A stretch of DNA of 64,000 nucleotides, taken from assembly GCF_009914755.1 (NCBI RefSeq), contig NC_060941.1. The stretch is one strand, 5' to 3'. Source of the stretch: the human T2T-CHM13v2.0 reference genome, Homo sapiens. Positions 15,390-28,060 of the stretch are shown here, piece by piece. The notes below the pieces were generated by a model that saw only the letters and a list, made by a program, of their open reading frames with translations, was not told where the DNA came from and made no database searches. Position numbers and translations under genes: made by a program. Position 1 is the first letter of the stretch, and each line of letters opens with the position of its first letter.

Positions 15390-15860
15390 TGTATTAGTTA
15401 TGAGTGTGTTCCCGACTGGACCCATTTCTTTAATGGGATTACTAGGCTAGTTCTATCAAGGAAGTACTGGAATCCTACTGTATATTAACCAACATCTTGC
15501 TTAATCACTTCATTGAATTTGAGTAAGGTTTCTGAGTTATGCATGCAAAGTCTCTCCATGTAGATAAGATAGAAAATTACAGATTGGTGATAATGTAATG
15601 AGAAAGAATTGCATGCCATTGAACACCTGGGTTCCAAATATGAAGAACAAAGATTAGCATCAATCTGGGAGATTATTTTAGTGCTGAACCACAGGCCCTG
15701 TCATATAGGACGTTTTTATTTATGGCATGTTTGAAGGCAAATTTTAGGTTCATTGTATTTGTAGATAACACAGTGGAAACCCTAAATAATGGAATTGTAC
15801 CCATCAAATGAGCTGGAACCATGAATCAAAAGCTATGGCTGGAAACAGTAGAAGTTGGTC
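15390..15860 (+). mobile_element. L3/CR1 LINE reverse-transcriptase region relic
   Basis: ATTTCTTTAATGGGATTACTAGGCTAG, TAGTGCTGAACCACAGGCCCTGTC (GVPQGS-like) and TTTGTAGATAACACA (decayed FADDT) in CR1 order. Confidence 0.6.
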
Positions 15861-15984
15861 TTCTATTTTCTTCTCCTTCTTTCTCCACATCCCTCGCCTG
15901 TCTCTCCTTCTTCTTTACAGCATGTATAAGTTTATAAACTCCATGCAGTACTGCCAAAAAATTAAATGAGATGAAGAAAAGTGG

Positions 15985-16100
15985 GAGAGGTAATATTATT
16001 CCATATACTCTTCAGATGAGGCTCAGAATTTTAGCGAGGTCCAAGATCACATACCTCCTAAGTAGTATCAGTAGGGGCAGAATTCAAATCCTAGCTCCCA
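15985..16100 (-). mobile_element. MIR fragment
   Basis: CAGATGAGGCTCAGA..CCAAGATCACA..GGCAGAATTCAAATCC. Confidence 0.55.
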
Positions 16101-16104
16101 CTCC

Positions 16105-16409
16105 TTTTTTAGTTTTCTTTTTCTTTTGAGATAGAGTGTCACTTTGTCGCCCAGGCTGGAGTGCAGTGGTGTGATCTCAGCTCACTGCAACCTCTGCCTC
16201 CCGGTTCAAGTGATTCTCCTGCCTCAGCCTCCCGTGTAGCTGGGATTACAGGCATCCACCAATATGCCCTGCTAATTTTTTGTATTTTTAGTAGAGACAG
16301 CATTTTGCCATGTTGGCCAGGCTGGTCTCGAACTCCTGACTTCAGGTGATCCACCGGCCTTGGACTCGCAAAGTGCTGGGATTACAGGCGTGAGCCACCG
16401 AGTCCAGTC
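16105..16409 (-). mobile_element. AluS
   Basis: Full antisense Alu; TSD CTAGCTCCC..CTTTT. Confidence 0.92.
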
Positions 16410-16929
16410 TAGCTCCCCTCTTTTGCATTCATAGTATGCTGAAGTTCTCTAGACATATTCTTTGAGAATGACAATGGCTGCTTTGCTGAGCACAAGCATT
16501 CAATGCAATAAAATGGTGGTTACGGAATTAGGCACATGCTTAATATGTTCTTTCAATCAGGCAACCAGGCCTGGGATCAAGCAACTGCTTCTAACTTGTA
16601 CTTCTGCTGAGTCAAACCCATCAAAAAGGCCACCAGAGCTAAAAATAAAGGGGTCATAAAATGTATTCAGGCCACAAGATCAAGAACCAGCACTTTAGAT
16701 GGGCTACCGCATGTGCTGAAAATAATGATACAGTGCTGAAAATGAAAATTTTAGCGAAAAAGGGACTAAAGGAAATAATGTAATGTAATCCCCCACTTGG
16801 ATATGGAGAATGCTGGACAGAGAGAACTCAGTTGGTTTGCTCAAGATTACCCAATTAATAATTGGCAGGATTGGTTTCTTGTACCTGGTTCAGGGTTCTC
16901 TGTATTCCATCATAGTGTTCTGATTTATT

Positions 16930-18030
16930 ATAATGGCAATGACTTACATTTGTGAAGTAACTCTTTACACTCTAAAAATTCGATTATATTAAAAAAATGT
17001 AAGGCAAATATTATACCCATATTACAGATGGGGCAACTCAGGCAAAGAGAAACTAGATGATTTGCCAAAGGGCACACAACTAATGAATGATAAACTATGA
17101 CACAGGATTTGTCTTGGACCCTTTGCCAGGCTTGCAGCGGGGGGCACCCAGTCTATTCAGTTCTCTGGGCTGCATCTGGCTTGTGCTCTGGCCCACAGTT
17201 CCTGTAGTCATGCAACTACACACTCAGCTCCTGGTGGGAGGGAGTTTGTGAGTGAGCAAGGGTGGGGTTCAGCTGGCCGTTGCAAGCCCTGACACAGGAG
17301 CAGGCTCTGTGTGGGGCCTGAGGCCAGACCAGGCATGTTACCCTGAGGGGAACACAGTTGCACTCAGGCAGGTGTGCCTGCAATCCTGAAGCCCCAGAGG
17401 GAGTATTACAGTGTGCTAACTAGCTCTTTTAGTTCCACTGTCTGCAGCCCAATAGATGGCTGCAGGACCGGCTTGGCCCTGCCTCTTCTTCCATCATGTG
17501 GGGTGGCTGCACTCTACCAGTGAGGGTAGAAGGCCAGTCTTACAGCCTTTCTGGGTGCCCGTGTTTGGTGCATCCTGAGCTCTTGTCCCGCATCCAAGAA
17601 GAATGAGGTCATGCTGACAACTGAAGGGTGTTGAGGTCGGAGAATTTTATTGAGCAATGAAACTGCTGTCAGCAGAGAGGGGATGGAAAGGCCAGGTTGT
17701 CTCTTTCAGTGTGGCTGAGTCTGGGGATTTTTATAGGTGCAGGATGGGTGAGGGAGAGACCATAGGTAGTATTAAAAAGGATAACATTTGATTGTTTAAA
17801 AGGCATTATTCAGAAAGAACCAATTGGGAAAGGGCAGACAAACAGGAACAGAAGTTCTCACTCTGGGTCACAGGTTTCACCCGGAACCAGCAGTCCAGGC
17901 TGTTTTTGGCTTGAAGGTGGAGTTTCACCGGGGACCTGACCCTATCTGCCTAGGCATTTGTCTGCCTCTTGCTGCTCTCAACAAGAGAGTTAAACCTAGG
18001 TTTTTTGACTTCCAATCTACTTGCCTCTTA
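16930..18030 (-). mobile_element. MIR split by LTR27/28-like insertion
   Basis: TTACAGATGGGGCAACTCAGGC..CACACAACTAATG before and AAACCTAGGTTTTTTGACTTCCA after the LTR. Confidence 0.65.
17098..17980 (-). mobile_element. ERV1 solo LTR, LTR27/LTR28-like
   Basis: Reverse strand starts TGAGAGCAGCAAGAGGCAGACAAATGCCTAGGCAG..CCACCTTCAAGCCAAAAACAGCC; TG..CA ends; 4-bp TSD ACTA/ACAA. Confidence 0.8.
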
Positions 18031-18032
18031 GC

Positions 18033-19147
<1,115 letters not shown>

Positions 19148-19294
19148 TAGGTGTTTCACTAGACTGCACAGGCTCTTTGGCTGGATTCACCAGGGCGCAC
19201 CTGAAGCTAGTGGTCCTGGTTTGCTGGAAGTACAGTAGCCTCACTCAGCATCCTCAATACGTTCTTGGAAACTGATTTGAAGCAAAGCAACATA

Positions 19295-19442
19295 TAGCAG
19301 GTCCTTGAATAACATCGTTTCCTTCAAGGTCTTTACTTTGTTATCATGTTGATGAGAAAAAAAAAATTGTTTGGTTCTTTGTCGTGTTGCTTACGTTGTA
19401 GTTTCCAAGAACCTATCAACAACATTAAGTGAGGATTTATAG
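19295..19442 (+). mobile_element. MER6-family (TcMar-Tigger) short element
   Basis: AGCAGGTCCTTGAATAACATCGTTT..GTTGATGAGAAAAA and GTTTCCAAGAACCTATC..TTAAGTGAGGA; TA on both sides. Confidence 0.75.
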
Positions 19443-19534
19443 TATCGCTTCTGCCATCTTTCTCATGGTACTTGTTTGTCGCAGGAAGAAGTGGTGGAGG
19501 GTGAGCTATTATCCTTACTCAAAAAAACAGCAAT

Positions 19535-19559
19535 CTTCCCTTCCCTTCCCTTCCCTTCC
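19535..19559. repeat. (CTTCC)5 simple repeat
   Basis: Direct reading. Confidence 0.85.
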
Positions 19560-19914
19560 AACTCCATTATGCTATAGATCATGAGTTTTTGTTGTTGTTT
19601 ACTGGGACTTTCCCAATTCCAATTTCATTGCATTTCTGTAAAGACTAACCTCATAGCTAGAGCAAAGGACTGACAAGTGCTTTTTTTTGTTTTGTTTTGT
19701 TTTTTAAGCTTACTGCGATGGGCAGATATTTGTGTCTTAATCCTCAGAAAATGTGAATATTTCATGTTATCTGGCAAAATAAACTTTGCAAATGTGATTG
19801 ATGAAGGTAAGGGTACAGACCTTGAGGTAGAAAGGGTATCCTGGATTATTCAGGTGGGCCTAATCTAATCGTGAGTCCTTAAAAGTGGAAAACCCTCTCA
19901 GACTGTGGTCAGGT

Positions 19915-19993
19915 TGAGAGAGAGAGAGAAAGAAAGGGAGGGGGAGAGAGAGAGAGGGGTAGGGGGAAAGGGAGAGAGAGAGAGAGAGAGAAG
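19915..19993. repeat. GA-rich polypurine repeat with G-runs
   Basis: (GA)n blocks interleaved with G3-G5 runs. Confidence 0.85.
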
Positions 19994-20280
19994 CGATAAT
20001 GGAAGCAGGGTTAGAGAAATGCAACTTTGCTGGCTTTGAAGATGCAGAAGGGACTGAAATCCAAAAAATTCAGGGAGCCTCTAGAAGCTGGAGAAAGCAT
20101 GGAAATGGGTTTTTTTTTTTCCTAGAACTTCCAGAAAGGGATGCAGACTTGCTGATGCCTTGGTTTTAGACTGGTGAAACCTATGTTGGACTTTGAACCT
20201 ACAGAACTGTAAGATAATACATTGGTCTTGTTTTGAGTCACTATATTTGTGTTTTATTTTTATTTTTTGCTGCTATAGCA

Positions 20281-20682
20281 TGTTACAGCTTCTCCTCAGA
20301 GACAGGGTGGGCCCCTACTGAAAATTTGGTTCAGATGTCAAGCCTGATGATGATGCCTCCACTATACACATGTGCCAACAGGGTATTAAAAGGTTTCTTA
20401 CTTACATAATAAGTCTTTCAGTATGGCTTCCACGCAGGTCCAGAAATGGCTTGAAAAAGCAGAGAAAGGAGACTGGCTTGGGAATATTGTGGTAGTTAGG
20501 TGGTAGGGAAGGAGTGAAGGTTCCCATGCGTGGTTTGATAGTTCCATTGGCTCCAAAGGAGAGAGCACCCAAGCTTTCTTAGCAGCTTGCCAAGGTGTGG
20601 GGCAGTAAAGGAATAAGGTGGAGTGAGGCTTAAATAATGTCAATAGTCAAACAGCAAGAAATGGAGTCAAACTCCATTATAC
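20281..20682 (-). mobile_element. LTR47-like solo LTR
   Basis: AAATTTGGTTCAGATGTCAAG, GGAGACTGGCTTGGG, AGCACCCAAGCTTTCTT, AAATGGAGTCAAACTC. Confidence 0.7.
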
Positions 20683-20744
20683 GGCAAGAAGAGAAAACTG
20701 GTACACTAATCTTCCTCTAGCTCCATCTATGCAGCCTGTGAATC

Positions 20745-21110
20745 CGCCCATTCATCCACCTGTATTCTATTATGTATCCACTGCATGCCAGGTATAGTTC
20801 TAGAGATTATGGATGTAGCGATGTCCGTGAAATAATATTTTTTCCTGTTGTACTCACAGTCTAGTAGAAGTGAACACTAAATTGACTCATAATTATTTGA
20901 TTATTTGCTGAGGATCACAATTGTGGTATATTGAGGACCATAAGAGACCACAATGGAGAGAGAGACTTTTCTTCATACTAATTTTAGGAGAATTTTCCCT
21001 GGAAAGGTGAGAGTTGGCACAGTTGAACTAGCAGTTCAACACACAGTGGTAGAGATGAAAGAATTCTAGGCAAAAGAGAAAAGCATAGACAAAGGCATAA
21101 ATGCATCAAG
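20745..21110 (-). mobile_element. L2 fragment
   Basis: CATTCATCC..TGCCAGGTATAGTTCTAG..CTCACAGTCTAGT..ATTCTAGGCAAAAG. Confidence 0.55.
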
Positions 21111-21660
21111 TTATGTCTGTGTTGCTGTAAATGGGATTAACAAATGAGGATTTTTTTTTTCACCCTCTGATTTCCTGTGGGCTTGGGATTGGGGAATGAA
21201 GATTAGGGAGGTGGTTTGGAAGGAAAAGCTGGAATAGTAAGGGACAGTGAGGTTAAAGATGACCAACTGTTGGTAACCTGCACTTTGACCTAATGTAAGG
21301 ATGTGAGTTTGTTTTTAGTCTAAAGCCATTGCCTCATACCCAGTTTAATATACTTGAAGGAAAACATGTGAGATCTATAAAGTAGACAAGATTGGAAAGA
21401 AATTGTTTCAAGAAAAGGAAGTTAATCAGTAACTGAGTCTAACTGGTATAGACTACAGTTTCTTTTCCAATAATGGCCCAAGGAAATGATGCACAAAATA
21501 TGTCGAATTATGATTGCTTATTGAAGAGGGAGTTTGCTTTGCGGGGTGGACTAGGGGGTTTGGCGAAGGAATAAAGATGCTCATCATGACTCAGAATGTG
21601 TCCTCTCTCCCTTGGATCCTCCTCTCGGTGACACCCTAGAACATCCTGGGACATCACTGG

Positions 21661-21971
<311 letters not shown>

Positions 21972-23386
21972 ATCATTGTTGGTCTTTAAACTCCATTCCT
22001 CCCCAGAGGGCTGGTACCTTGGTAGTAGCCTCCACCCTCATGTGGGTATCAGCTGGGGCTGTCTGGATTTGTATAAGAATTCCAGTGTTAATGATGGAGT
22101 TCTGTTGGAAATAGGGACAAGTGTTCTTTCAAGTTCTCATTCCCACCTGGTGCTGCGTTCTCCCTTCTCTCTCCCTCTGTGTTGTATTTTAGATTCAGGG
22201 GGATCTTTCACATACATAACAAGTTCTTGCTTTGGACTTAAAAATAAACACTATGAAAAAAGAAATGCGTGTTCCAATCTGACTTGAAATGCCCAAATAT
22301 GATTAGTATTAGACTGTGAAATACCTCTGTTTATCTCTAGGAGCCAGCTGCTGGGAGCATTTTGAGGGATCAGGCTGGTTGTTGTGGATGACGTTTTTTT
22401 TAAACAAAACATGAGCCCCAAATGTCTGTACATGGAGAGTGTACAGACTCTCCATGAAGTCCCCTTTGTCGAAAACTCTGTCTTTCTAATTTTTATTCTC
22501 CCCTCATTTGTCCCGATCACAATCATGGAAGACAGTGTGGGAGCCAAATAGGTTCCAGTTTCAATCTGGCCATTTCCCTCTGACTTCTCTCTGTATTTCA
22601 GCCTTTCTCTTTTCTAAACTTGCCTGACTGCATCTAGGGACTTTCCAACTGAAGAAACAAATTATTTGGGTCACACAGGCCACCACTGCTATTTATGAGC
22701 CAAAAAAATGCCGCTTGGCATTTGGAAAACTGATTTATTAATACACGCAGGGTCTTGCATGTCAACAACTGCAAATTATGGATAACAGATTTGCATCTTC
22801 TATCATTTCATGACCTCATTCAAAAGGACTTAATGAGCTAACAAAAAGGGCTAAATAATGAAATGTTTTTTTTCTCTCAAAGCTCTTTTTGACCTACCTG
22901 CCTACCTCTCCCCTCAAAAAGTAAGAAGAAGGAAAGAAAACAAAAATATTAATTTACTGAAAAGCTTAACTTTAAAGCATTATGAGATTTTAAATCCGTG
23001 AATTACTCTGTATGATATATGAATCAATTACAGAAAGAACAGGAAATAGTAACAGGTTTACATCAATCTTCAGCTAAACTATGCTCAGGGAAATGAAGCT
23101 AGAATTCAATCAAACAAGGAGCTAACATTAAATTCCTTCTGAACACACTACTCTGGAAGAATATTTGAGGGACACTGAAAGTGAAAAATAAGGTATATTT
23201 GTCTTTGGTGAATGTGCACTGTATTTGAAGAGACAAGATATTAAAAGTCGTGTATTGACATTGAAAACTTCCTTAACAATTTACTCCCAAGAGAGGTGAA
23301 GCAGCAGAGGGTCATTACTTGGCAAATAAGCAAAAAGGATATTAATTACCACTAACTGGAGGCATTACTGTGGGATCGTAGGGGTC

Positions 23387-23798
23387 TATATTAGTCCATT
23401 TTGTGTTACTGTAAAGGAATACCTGAGGCTGGATAATTTATAAAGAAGAGAGTTTTAATTGGCTCATGGTTCTGCAGGCTGTACACAAAGTATAGTGCCT
23501 GTATCTGGTGAGGGCTTCAGAAAGCTTCCAATCATGGCAGAAGGTGAAGAGGAGCCAGCCTGTCACATGGCAAGAGAGAGGGCAAGACAGAGAAGGGAGA
23601 CGTCCCAGGCTCTTTTAAACAACCAGATCTTGTGTGAACTAAGTGAGCAAGAACTGACTCATCACCAAGGGAATTGTGCTAAGCCATTCATGAGGGATCC
23701 ACCCGCATCATCTAACACTTCCAGTAGGCCCCATTTCTAACAGTGGAAGTCACATTTCAACATGAGATTTGGAGGGGACAAATATCCAAAGTATGTCA
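23387..23798 (-). mobile_element. MSTB-like MaLR solo LTR
   Basis: AAAGGAATACCTGAGGCTGG..CATGAGATTTGGAGGGGACAAATATCCAAA; perfect 5-bp TSD GGGTC. Confidence 0.9.
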
Positions 23799-23815
23799 GG
23801 GTCTGAGAGGATTTA

Positions 23816-24150
23816 TTTCTCCCACCCACCCCCCTCCACTCCCCTCTTTTTTGGAGACAGCATCTGGCTCTGTTGCCCAGGCTGGAGTGCAGTGGCATGG
23901 TCGTGGCTCACAGCAGCCTCAGCCTCAACCTCCTAGGCTCAAGTGATTCTCCCACCTCAGCCTCCCAGTCCTCAGCCTCCTGGGACTACGGGTGCATACC
24001 ACCATGCCCAGCTGCTTAAAAAAAATTTTTTTAAGAGATGAGGTCTCCCTATGCTTCCCAGGCTGGTTTCAAACTTCTGGACTCAAGCAATCCTCATGCT
24101 TCAGCCTCCCAAAGTGCTGGAATTACAAACATGAGCTTCTGCTCCTGGCA
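23816..24150 (-). mobile_element. AluJ with degenerate tail
   Basis: J-type body; TSD CTGAGAGGATTT on both sides. Confidence 0.88.
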
Positions 24151-24601
24151 CCTGAGAGGATTTCAAGTAAGAGATATATTTTTTTTTCTGGATTTCAAAT
24201 ATAATCAGGATCCTGGTAAGTTGGAAAAGCAAGAAGAGCATCTCACAAGAGAGGGGATGAAAAGAGGACTTGCAGAAGGATGTTCTGTGGGTGCTCAGGG
24301 TTTTGTGTACAGAGGTTGTTTGTTAGTTTGGAGAATTAATGGAGAGTTGTCATTCAAAAGAGCATCAAAAACATCAAATGCCTAGGAAATGCCAATGAAA
24401 GATACTCGAGACTCCTACACAGAAGACTACACACAGTTACTGATGATAAATGGAAGGAAATGCCAAGTTTATGGACTGAAAGAGTCAAAGTTGTTATATC
24501 TTGTTTTCTTGAAATTCATATATATTTAATCCAATACCAGTCACATCCCAGCAGATTTTATAGTTGTGGAAATTGACAAGCTGATTCTACAATACATATG
24601 G

Positions 24602-24877
24602 GGCCGGGCGTGAGTGGCCAAGGTGGGTGGATCACTTGAGGCCAGGAGTTTGAGACCAGCCTGGGCAACACGACAAAACTCCATCTGTACTAAAAAGACA
24701 AAAATTAGCCAGATGTAGAGGTGCATGCCTGTAATCCCAGTTACTTGAGAGGCTGAGGCAGAGAATTGCTTGAACCTGGGAGGCGGAGGCTGCAATGAGC
24801 TGAGATCATACCACTGCACTCCAGCTTGGGTGACAGAGACTCCATCTCAATAAATACATAAATAAATAAATAAATAA
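24602..24877 (+). mobile_element. Alu (J/Sx-like) with ~30-nt deletion in left arm
   Basis: GGCCGGGCGTGAGTGGCCAAGG skips CTCACGCCTGTAATCCCAGCACTTTGGGAGG. Confidence 0.88.
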
Positions 24878-25394
24878 AATTTATATGGAAATAAACAGAG
24901 CTAAGAATAGCCAACGTCAAAGATGAGTAAGATGTATTAAACTTTAAGATGTATTTAAAACTATAGTACCTAAGGCTATGGGTTACTAATATGATCAATG
25001 GATCATATTAGATGTACTACTAAAACCATAGTAATTAAGCCTGTAGGTTATTAATATGACCAATGGAGTAGAGAGTCCAGAAACAGATTCACACATATTT
25101 GGTCACCTGATTTATGACAGAGTTGCCAGTTGCGTTACTGCTGACAGTGTAAATTGGTGCACCCACTTTGAGAAACATATGAATCTTCTGAGACACAGCA
25201 GTTCCATATTTCAGTATATTAACAGAAATGTGTACGTGTGTACCAAAAGACATATCCATGGGTGCCTATAACATCACTGTTTCTTATAACCCCACCCCCC
25301 ATTACCATTGGAAACAACCTAAATGTCTATCAACAACTAAATGACTAATAAACTAATAAATTATAATTCATTCACACCATGGAAGACTACATAG

Positions 25395-25685
25395 TAGGTT
25401 TGGTAAACTTTTTCTGTAAAAGATCAGATGGTAAATCTTTTAGACTTTGCAGGCCATTCAGTCTCTGTCACAACAACTCATCTCTGCTTTTGAAGAATGA
25501 AAGCAGCCACAGAGGATACATAAGTGAACACGGCTGTGCTTCTAGAACTTTATCTATGGATATTGAAATTTGAATTCCATACAATCCACTTTAGAAAATA
25601 TTCTTTTTCTTTGTTTTTTTTTGACTATTAAAAAATATAAAAACTGTTATTAGCTTGCAGGTTGCACAAAAACCTGCAGTGAGAC
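25395..25685 (+). mobile_element. MER58B-like (hAT-Charlie)
   Basis: GGTAAACTTTTTCTGTAAAAG..CAGATGGTAAAT..GTCTCTGTCACAACAACTCA..AAAGCAGCCACAG. Confidence 0.75.
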
Positions 25686-26049
25686 GTACATGAAGAAGGA
25701 CCAGCAACTGCTACACACTCCACAACATGGATAAACCTTACAGATTTAATGGTGAATAGAAGAAAAACAGACTGAAAGCAGCATACACGTTATAATCCCA
25801 CTTACATAAAGTTCAAAAACAGGCAAAACTAACTTATGGTGATGAAGGTCAAAAGAATGATTACCTTTGGAGAGGTAATTATACAGCAGGCTTCTGCACC
25901 GTGGCTGATGCTCTATTTTGTGATCTAGGTGGTAGCTAATCAGGTGAGTTCTCTATCTAAAAGGTCACCCATCTATACTGTGAATTTGCAATAGAACAAT
26001 GTTTTTTATTTGTTTATTTGTTTTAAATAATCTAGGAGCAATTTAAGAG

Positions 26050-26312
26050 ACCATATCATGCCATGTCTGAGAGTGTAGATTCTGTACACAGACTGCTAAA
26101 TCCTAGTTTTATCATTAGCTGTGTGACCTTGGGCAAGTCGTTTCACCTCTCTGTTCTTCGGTTTTTCTCAACTGTAAAAAAGTGATACTCAGTTGACTCA
26201 GTAGTACTCGACACTTGTAGTATTGCTGTAAGAATGATGAGTTAATCCATATAAAGTCACTTAGGACAATGCTGGCATGCCCTAAGAACTCAATAGATGT
26301 TAGGTATTATTA
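26050..26312 (+). mobile_element. MIR
   Basis: TAGCTGTGTGACCTTGGGCAAGTC..CTGTAAAA..CTCAATAGATGTTAG. Confidence 0.8.
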
Positions 26313-26865
26313 CTGTGGCCAATAACTTTTTTGCTTTAGGTCTTAAGCTCCAGTTTGTTAAGACTTTTATAAACTCTTGATTCTGCCACAAACATACTTT
26401 TAGATTAAGCAAGGCCAGGAGCACAAAGAAGCCTTTTTTAACTCGCATGCGGTCCAGCCCAGCTCACCAGGAATCTGATTCTGAAGAGTCTGGGAATAAA
26501 GGCTCAGAGTCATAAATAATATAAATATCCCTTGTCTTATTTAGAATGTACATATTGCCTGTGAATAGTTGCAGTGTCAGTAGGTGTTAGCTGAAGACTC
26601 TGAGATCTGGGATTCCAAACAAATATACACTTCCATTCTGAACTAATCATTTTTATAGAAAACAGATGAGGCTTGTTCAGTAGGTGCATGAACAACATCT
26701 TATGCTGCTCGCCTGTTCTCCAGGCCGAGGTTCTGCATCCAGAAAGTGCCAGAGACAGGATATCTTGACCTCCAGGAATTTTATAAGGTAAATCCTGCTC
26801 ATCCACCTAAAATATTTTCCTGGAAAAAAAGCCATAAATAAATAAAGTCTGAAATAATAATCTAA

Positions 26866-27189
<324 letters not shown>

Positions 27190-27266
27190 CCTTTATGCTC
27201 TTTAAATGATTACTATACCATCCTGGGAGGCATCATATTCCATGACTTAAAACAATGAAGCAAACA

Positions 27267-27385
27267 TGCCAGGCGCAGTGGCTCAGGCCTGTAATCCCAG
27301 CATTTTGGAAGGCCAAGGAAGACGGATTGCTTGAACTCAGGGGTTCATGACCAGCCTGAGCAACAAAGTGAGACTTCATCTCTAC

Positions 27386-27421
<36 letters not shown>

Positions 27422-27593
27422 AATTAGCCAGACATGGTGGCATGCACCTGTAGTCCAAGCTACTCGGAAGACTGAGGTGGGAAGATCACTTTAACCTGGG
27501 AGGCGGAGGTTGCAGTGAGCCGAGATCATGCCACTGCACTGCAGCCTGGGCGCTAAAGCCACACCCTGTCTCAAAAAAAAGAATTTTTTTAAA
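27267..27593 (+). mobile_element. AluJ with (AC)14 in the middle linker
   Basis: J-type body; (AC)n at 27389-27416; TSD AATGAAGCAAA. Confidence 0.9.
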
Positions 27594-27684
27594 ATGAAGC
27601 AAATAGCATTTTTACCAACTACAAATATCCATTCATCTGTTCAATCATTTGACAAATTTTATTGAGTGCTTAATATATGCTGTA

Positions 27685-27860
27685 TAAAAGGCAAAGGAAG
27701 TTCCTGAGTAAAATAATTTTTTGACTGTATTCTTTGTTTATGGTGATGTTTCTTTAACATTTATGACCATGGTATGCTACGATCTCTTCCTGTTCTTCTT
27801 TTTTTTGTCTTTTCTATTAATACCCATTCATATCACAGAATACACTTTGGGAAATGCTGA
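27685..27860. mobile_element. MER103-like hAT relic
   Basis: Terminal ACACTTTGGGAAATGCTG and GTTCCTGAGTAAAATAA. Confidence 0.45.
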
Positions 27861-27869
27861 GTTAACTAA

Positions 27870-28060
27870 TCTTTTATTGCTGAATACCAAGGTTTCCTAA
27901 CTCTTTGCTGTCATAAATAACACTGCAACGAACATTTTTGTACCTACAGCTTTGCACACATGTTGGATTATCTTTTTAGGATATATTTCTAAGAGTGGAA
28001 TTGTTGAGTTAAAGGCTCTGTGTCTTTTTATGTGCATAAAAGACCCTATGTCAGTTTTAC
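27870..28060 (-). mobile_element. Old L1M fragment
   Basis: AAATAACACTGCAACGAACATTTTTGTAC..GAGTGGAATTG. Confidence 0.6.

Larger units (their letters stand above)
19714..20705 (+). mobile_element. MLT1D-like MaLR LTR, split by LTR47-like element
   Basis: ATCCTGGATTATTCAGGTGGGCC, GCTGGCTTTGAAGATG, CCTACAGAACTGTAAGATAATA; final AGAAAACTGGTACA after the insert. Confidence 0.82.
24395..25990 (+). mobile_element. Old L1M (ORF2 end to 3' UTR, L1ME-like), split by Alu and MER58
   Basis: GAAATTGACAAGCTGATTCTA, GAGAGTCCAGAAACAGA, GGAAACAACCTAAATGTCTATCAACA, AAAGTTCAAAAACAGGCAAAACTAA. Confidence 0.75.
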
